This document shows, piece after piece, positions 56,689 through 64,000 of a DNA stretch of 64,000 nucleotides (its first letter is position 1; every line of letters begins with the position of its first letter). Source of the stretch: the human T2T-CHM13v2.0 reference genome, Homo sapiens. The stretch is taken from the NCBI RefSeq assembly GCF_009914755.1, contig NC_060932.1. One strand, given 5' to 3'. The notes under the pieces were generated by a model. The model ran no database searches. It saw only the letters and a program-made list of their open reading frames with translations, and was not told where the DNA came from. The position numbers were made by a program, and so were the translations under genes.

Positions 56689-59121
56689 CTCTTGAGCACT
56701 AATTCTACCTGTGTTAATTCTTGCCCATCTCTGTGTCACGATGGTTCCTCATGCAGTTTTGATGGTGCTTGCATGTGTAGTTTTGACTATGTAATTTTGA
56801 ATTCTGATTTATTGTCAGTAAGAGCTATGCCTTCTATGGTGATCTATACATCCTGGGTTGTGCACTAAGGGAAGTTTTTTGTTTGCTTCTGCCAGGGTTT
56901 CAGGATTCTACTGCCCTGGCTCAATCTTTCTGTTTAATTCTCAGGTACCTGTAGGCATTATAACTCACATCTCTACATGGTGTATTCTGAGGTTTTGATT
57001 TCTTGCAAGTAATTATTTTTCTTTTTAATACAAAGCACCTGTAGACTAGAAGTTTACGTTTCAGTTTGGCTAGCCCTTAACACATTCGGACAGTGACTCG
57101 GTTCCAATTCCCTTCTTCCTTCATCTCCTGTCCTCCCCTGGGCATTAAAACCCCAGTTTTCAGGCCAAGTCTGAAATCCCTGTTGATCACATGGCAACAG
57201 CTCCTGCACATTGTTGTGAGTCTCATTGCTGGAACCTAGGGATTTCCATTGGTCAAGCACAATGTCAACAAAACGTGACCTACAATTCTACTTGCTTGTT
57301 TCTGGGTGGGGGAGTCCCTCCCCATCCCCTGATCCACTCCCTCTGATGCCTGGATCAGCTGGGAGAGGACTGAGCACAAGTTTTATGTGATGCGAATTCT
57401 GTTCATGACCAAAATGCAAAGTGTCTCCCTCTGTTTCTTTAAAAGAGAGAGATTCAGGTCAAGGCCAATTCAAACTCCACCCTCCTTAGTAACTTGAATT
57501 AAAAATACAGAATTTAGTGATATTTTTCTTATCTTCTTTCCCACTTTATGAGTTGTAAATACAATGGTTATTGTCTACATGACAGCAAGAAGGCAAGGTA
57601 TTTTGATATATATCCAGGGAGTTTATATTATAGCCTTAGTTTATTTGAATGTGACGTTTAAGTATAGGGGATTAAATTTCTTGGTATTTCGCTAATTACT
57701 AACATACTGACTATACTTTTTTTTTTTTAACTTTAATTATTTTCCTCCAGTAAAGAGTAGACCTCCTATTGGAGGAAGCAGCCTGTCTTTCACCCATAAA
57801 CTGTTGTTTGCCACCCTTAATTCTGTATTACTCTGGCCCTCAAAGCAGTCTCACCCCGAGATGAGCCTGGACATGAGTGTCATAGCCAGCGATGTAACAA
57901 GTAGAGAGGCTGTGTATGAAGACACTCCATCTTATCTGCCAATGTTTTTCTGATCTGTACAATTAAGGTGCTCTATTAAATCAGCTCTAAGGTTGTTTCA
58001 AGGTTAAGAAAAAATTAAAATCATAAATCAAAATTTCAGAGGCATTGGAGGATTGAGATGCTACAATTTTGGAGTTTATAAATTGATAGTAAAGAGAATT
58101 GACAGAAAATGACCTCTGTCCTGAGAGGAAGCAACCCCAGGGAAGTCTTGCCAGACCTCACCTCCACCTGCTCTTCTTTCAGAGACTGCACAAGAAGGGT
58201 GTTAAGGACACTTATTTCCAAATCTGTCTCCCTCCCCACAGCACACTGCTGGGCAGGATTCAGGCCTCACTGTTTTCTTGATTCTTAGAACCTGTCACTG
58301 ATGCATGTGTGTTGACCAAATAAATAACGCTACTGTTTTTCTTACACTTGCCCTTTCTGATCATGAGTTCTAAGTTAGTATCCTGAGTGACTACTGCTTC
58401 CCACTTGCCTTATTTTCATCATCTTTCAACTTTCTCCTTTCCCTTCCTCAACACCAACAAGCCCTACATCTGCACGCCTGATTCCTGCACTGCAACTCAG
58501 AGTTTTAAGTCATGACTATTTAAACTCACATTGAAAACTTGTGCCTGGTTGTGTGCTAGAAATGTCTCCTTGGCTCTAGCTGTCTTGCATCCCAGAAGGA
58601 ATAAAAATCTACATAGCTGCAGAAGGCAACATAGCCCCACCTGAAGGAGGTGAGATCCCGGTGTGGGAGAAGCAGGCCTGAGTGACAGGACATCGGTATC
58701 GGTCCTTTAAGATGATGAGGAAGCTGCCTTGCCGGCCCAGCATTGCCTCCATTTTAGCTGCCCATTTAAAGTGAAGGAATTCTTAAAGATAATTTCCAGA
58801 TTATTACTGGAAGAATAGGGAATTTTTATTTCAAATTTAGAATGATGAATGGTGGAGAAAATCTTTTAAAAATTCTCTTTACCCATGTAGCTCATTTAAA
58901 AAATGTTTTTTTTCTGGACCATTAATGAAGCAGGTGTAGTGTTTTATTTATTCGCAGTGATGAACAAAGTGAATAAAGCCAGTCTGATTTTACCTGGAAA
59001 CATTATGGAAAAAAAAAAAGACTCGCCTTCCAGATCAAGGTAGCTCTGCCAATGCTCCCTCAGTGCCTCTGCATGAGTGCGGTCCTCCCAGAGCTCGCCT
59101 CTTCCCTCTGCAGTCCCGAGC

Positions 59122-59154
59122 TGCACTGATGCTCATGCGCCACAAGATGGAGCC
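59122..59154 (+). promoter_or_regulatory. Candidate CTCF binding site with upstream motif
   Basis: Core CCACAAGATGGAGC (59140-59153), preceded by TGCACTGAT (59122-59130); in non-repeat sequence. Confidence 0.6.
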
Positions 59155-59959
59155 TTCAAAGCGGGTCATTTCCTAGTGCTTCCTCTCCATTTCCCCCTGT
59201 GAAAAGTCAATGTCTGGGTTTGTGAGGGTTTAGGAAAGAGAGGCAAACACAATAAGGACGAGGTGAGCAGCCACTGAGGGGAGCCACAGGATTGTCCTAA
59301 AGAAAGCAGACCTGATCTTGGCTTTCTCTTGATGAACACTGCTATCAGCGTCTCCATGAAGGCACAGAAGACACGCTCAGCAGGTGTGCAGGTGACATAA
59401 AGCCAGAAGGGATAGTTGGTGCATTTGGATGATATCGTAAAGATTCTAAAAACTTTCAGCAGGATGAAACTGACCAGGTGAAAGTGAGCGGGAGCACATG
59501 CATAGGTGTGTCTTCGATGGAGTAGTAAAAACAGATTTGGATGGTGAAAGAGGAGACCTGAATCTGTCCCAAACCATACTAACAATAATCATGGTGCCTG
59601 TGATGGTTATTACAATGTCATCTCACACAGCGCTCCGCAGAGTATGGTTCATGGACAGTGAGCTGGCAAACTGCTTGTTGCTTGGCCTCAACAAGATATG
59701 GAGCTCTGGTTAGAGTTTCAATGGACATTATGACAAACTTCATCACATTTTTTAGTACAGCCGAATAAGCAAAACTTTCCCGAAGGAAGCAGGGCATCAA
59801 TCTACCTTCTGGCTTGAATTCCTCAACTTGCAGAGGATCTGCCCTGAGAATGGTGCTAAAATTTGAAGGCTCCCCTGTGTCCGTACTAAGTACTTAGTAC
59901 TGATTGTGTTAAGTACTTCAAATGCATCTTTGTATTTGTAGAGACATGATGTACTTTGA

Positions 59960-60330
59960 GCTGGTGTAGTGGAATGGTTAAGTACATACATCTGGACCAG
60001 ACTGCCTCGGTTCCTTCATTTGATGGATAACAATACACAGGGTTGTTGTAGTGAAGGTCAGAAGTATAGTGCGTTTGAAGACACCATGTTTCTTGGCACA
60101 TCGCATGTGCTCAGTAAAAGGAAGTGAGTAATAACGTGTTTCTCCTCAATAACTCTTTGAGGAAAGTGCCGTTGATACCTGATTTTATTGATGAGGAACT
60201 GATCTGAGTTTCAATGAAGCAAAATAAATTGCTGCGGTCACGCAGTTCTTAAAGGCGAGATCCAAGACCATAAACCAGGGATTTTCTGACTCTAAATTTC
60301 AAACAAATGCTTATCCATTATAGAACACTG
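59960..60330. mobile_element. MIR remnants
   Basis: cctcggttccttcatttg...gggttgttgtagtgaagg...gtgctcagtaaa; attttattgatgaggaactga. Confidence 0.6.
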
Positions 60331-60532
60331 CCATTTCCTGATTGAACTGGATCAGTGGCATTTAAGTTTTTTGACCAAAACTCAATTATGGTTATAATCT
60401 ATACACACACATACTTGTGTATCTAAATCTGAAACATAAGTTTTATTGATAATACTTGTCTTTCATATGTGCAATGTACTCTGATACTTTCTACTGCATC
60501 TTATTCAGTTTTTAAAGAAAGCTGGGGGTGAC

Positions 60533-60904
60533 CGTCTTAGTCCGTTCAGGCTGCTATAATAAACATACCATAGACTGGGGTGGCTTAAACAACAAACATT
60601 TATTTCTCACAGCTCCAGAGGTTGGGAAATCCAAGATCAAGGCACCAGAAGATACAGTGTCTAGTGAGGGTCTGCTTCCTGGTTGAAATATAGCACTTTC
60701 TCACTGAGTCCTCCCATGGTGGAAGAGGCAAGGGAGCTCTCTGGGGTCTCTTTCATATGGGCACTAACACCATTCATGAGGGTTCTACCCTCATGACCCA
60801 ATCACCTCCCAAAGACCCCATGTCTTAATGCCATCATGTCGGGGGATTACGACCTCAGTATGTGAATTTGGAAGTTGGGGGACACAAGCATTTGGCTCAT
60901 AACA
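60533..60904 (-). mobile_element. MaLR solo LTR (MLT1A0/MSTD-like) inside a hAT-like remnant
   Basis: gtcttagtccgttcaggctgctataa...catttatttctcacagctcc...cataaca; 5-bp TSD GTGAC. Confidence 0.88.
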
Positions 60905-61539
60905 GTGACCTACTTAAATTGATTTCATGGCCCATGAATGAGCTATATAACCCATGACTTGAAAATATGTACCAGCAATTTCTACGGACTCTTTCATTCT
61001 AATGTTCTCTGACTCTCCTAAAAAACAAAAATACAAAAAAAACTTTCAAACCCAATTCCCTTCGTCCAGAACAGAAGACTCTGACTTGGGAGCAGTGCAT
61101 GTGAAAAAGAAGTAAGTATTTTATCGCAGGTCGATATGTGAAAACCCTGCAATGTGGGGACAAAAAACTCACCTGTAAGGCTCCATCAGGGATCCTGCAT
61201 TTCCTCCTGGGAATCATATTTTAAGAGAAATTAACAACCTAGACTGTGTTCAGAGAAGGACAGTGAAGGTGGGGAAGTTTCTGAAATTATTTAGGAAACT
61301 GAGAATGTTTAATATGACTTTAAGGAAGAAGTGTCTCTAAATAGTTTATATGTATATGTATATGTGTATACATATGTATATATGTGTGCTTGTATGTATA
61401 TATTATGATAATAGGTCTCTGAGTTAGTAGAATAATTTTTCAGCATTAAATAGGTCTTGGTCCATCTGACATGGTATTTTGTGTAAAACTTATGTTTCTC
61501 GTGTTTTTAGATTTTGATGTCTACAGTGAGAATCCTGTA

Positions 61540-62060
61540 AAATGATTATGACTGCACCTCCCTCCTGTGAGAGGCTGTGAAATGCAGGCAGGAAACAGCC
61601 CCTCCCAGGTTAAGCGGAGGAGCTCTGAAGCTTGGCGTTGGCAAGATTTTTGCCCAGCTTCAAAGGGATTTGAAGGGTGGTGACAGGCTCCAGCCCAGAC
61701 TGCGCCTCGGAATGCAGACGCTTCTCTGCCTAGAACCTGGCCCGGCCCTATGGGAAAGCCCCGGTTCTCGGCGGCACTGAACTGGTAAAAAGCAGTTGCT
61801 GTGGGTTCCCTCCCTTTCTCCCCGACTCCCTGGCCATGGGATTCAGGAAAACAGGCAGTGAAAGGCTTCAACAGTTCCTTTCCAGTTTTCCACGGGGGCC
61901 CCAAGGAACGCCTGCGGCTGGAATTCCCCGGGAGACAGGGAGCTGTAACAATAGAGGTCTGCACTGTGGTTGCCGAGGGAGGGAGGGCTTCTTGTTGGAG
62001 TGGGTCTCCGCAGATTTGTTGGTGGCTTATTAAATTCAGGAAGGAAAGGGGAGAGAGAAG
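61540..62060. promoter_or_regulatory. GC/CpG-enriched unique segment, candidate enhancer or promoter
   Basis: Non-repeat and markedly GC-richer than its flanks, with several CpGs and NF-kB, SOX, TCF, RBPJ-like and ETS motifs. Confidence 0.5.
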
Positions 62061-62263
62061 TTGAATGTGACTCAAAGCTTACTTGGTTGGGAAACCTGGG
62101 AGCAAAACGGGGCCACCAAAACAAAGTGGAAAAATTGCAGTTGCATAAGTTGTAGGGAGAAAGGATAAATACTTTTGATAGTACTATGTTTGTGGCTTTG
62201 AGTTGGGGCTGTGTCTGGGAAGGTTCGAAATGAAGCTGGAGTAGTTAAAATATATTAATCTTG

Positions 62264-62783
<520 letters not shown>

Positions 62784-63108
62784 CTTGCTGCTCAACCTTC
62801 TGCTACCCAATGTTAAATCCAGACACTTGGGTAACCTTTGATCATATTTGAGACTGAAGTGGCTTTAGAGATACTGAAACTTCACTGTAGTCCCGGCTAG
62901 CATATTCATTCATTCGCTAGCTGTTGGCACCTCATACTGAGGTTAACTCTTAGAACAGAATTATCATATTTATTTTTGGTAGTTATTTCAAGTTCTTTCA
63001 GTAGGCTTAAACAGGTTAGTGAGTTTTGCTTTTTTAAGCGCCTAACACAGTATCTGGCACATAGCAGGTACACACACACAAATATATACATACATATATA
63101 TATATATA

Positions 63109-63333
<225 letters not shown>

Positions 63334-63734
63334 AGGGTACACAAAAATACTGAGTGAAAGAAAATGCTAGATGCAGGAAAGCCCATCCAACCCACCCAGC
63401 TCCTTACTTTGCAGATAAGTTAACCGTAGCCAAGGGAGGTGAAAAGACTTCCAGCTGGAATGGGATCAGACTCAGATTTCCAGATGGTCAGCCATATATT
63501 TTCCCACTGCACCATCCTGCCCCCTGCTGTTTGACTTGTCAAGAAACAGTAGGTGTTTCAAAAGGCAGGGGTTCTTCGAGAACTTCTTGTTCTCTATAGT
63601 TGACGTTCTAAGATCAGATTTGAAGGAAATTTACTTTTTGTGTGTTCCGCTTCACAAAGAAGATATTTTCTGCATTGAGGAGAAAGCCAAACAGATTGCA
63701 TTCTGCTCTAAACATTAAAACCAAGAGATCACAA

Positions 63735-64000
63735 TTTGATTGCCTAAAACCAAATATCCTGATTTAAAAAAGGATTCAAACAGACATTTCTTAAAGAAGA
63801 CATACAGATGGGCAACAGGTACATTGTAAGATGCTCAACATCACTGACCCTCAAAGAAATGCAGATCGAAACCAAAATGAGATGTCATTTCACACATGCT
63901 GGGATGGCTGTTTTAAAAAAACAGAAGACAGCAAGTGTTGGTGGAGATGTGGGGAAACTGGAATCCTTGTATATTGTTGGTGGGAATGTGAAATGGTGCA
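63735..64000 (+). mobile_element. L1M (MB-like) ORF2 3' fragment running off the window
   Basis: cagacatttc...aagatgctcaacatcact...caagtgttggtggagatgtggggaaactggaa. Confidence 0.82.

Noticed and set aside
59883-59900. Perfect 18-bp palindrome GTACTAAGTACTTAGTAC
   Set aside because: About 0.25 such palindromes are expected by chance in 64 kb at uniform composition (more in AT-rich DNA); no supporting context
61521-62075. 184-aa minus-strand ORF
   Set aside because: No recognisable homology; GC-rich sequence lowers stop frequency; better explained as regulatory DNA

Overview
Primate, almost certainly human, genomic DNA: AT-rich, gene-poor and mostly interspersed repeats (about 28 Alu/FLAM copies, layered L1PA/L1PB/L1M fragments, MaLR/ERV solo LTRs, Tigger, hAT and piggyBac MITEs, L2/MIR remnants and microsatellites). 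The only recognisable cellular-gene sequence is an intronless, poly(A)-tailed, TSD-flanked retrocopy of the signal peptidase subunit SEC11A on the minus strand (29783-30681). It matches the annotated human SEC11B pseudogene, which I recall maps to 8q11.23 between SOX17 and RP1 (recall, not verified). It has lost the parental ATG (now ATA) but keeps an open 166-codon frame with the Ser/His/Asp catalytic residues. Almost all other ORFs in the track are Alu, L1 or microsatellite artefacts. I see no CRISPR array, RNA gene or prokaryote-type system, and I cannot honestly claim a new biological system. The most interesting unexplained structure is: (i) two good and one weaker candidate L1 3' transductions, found from target-site duplications that enclose non-L1 sequence; (ii) a MER85 piggyBac MITE with an intact CSB-PGBD3 binding palindrome nested in an L1PA; (iii) a CTCF-like site with an upstream motif and a motif-dense CpG-containing enhancer/promoter candidate near the right end; (iv) several cruciform-prone AT tracts. 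Repeat subfamily calls come from remembered consensus sequences, and boundaries are approximate.
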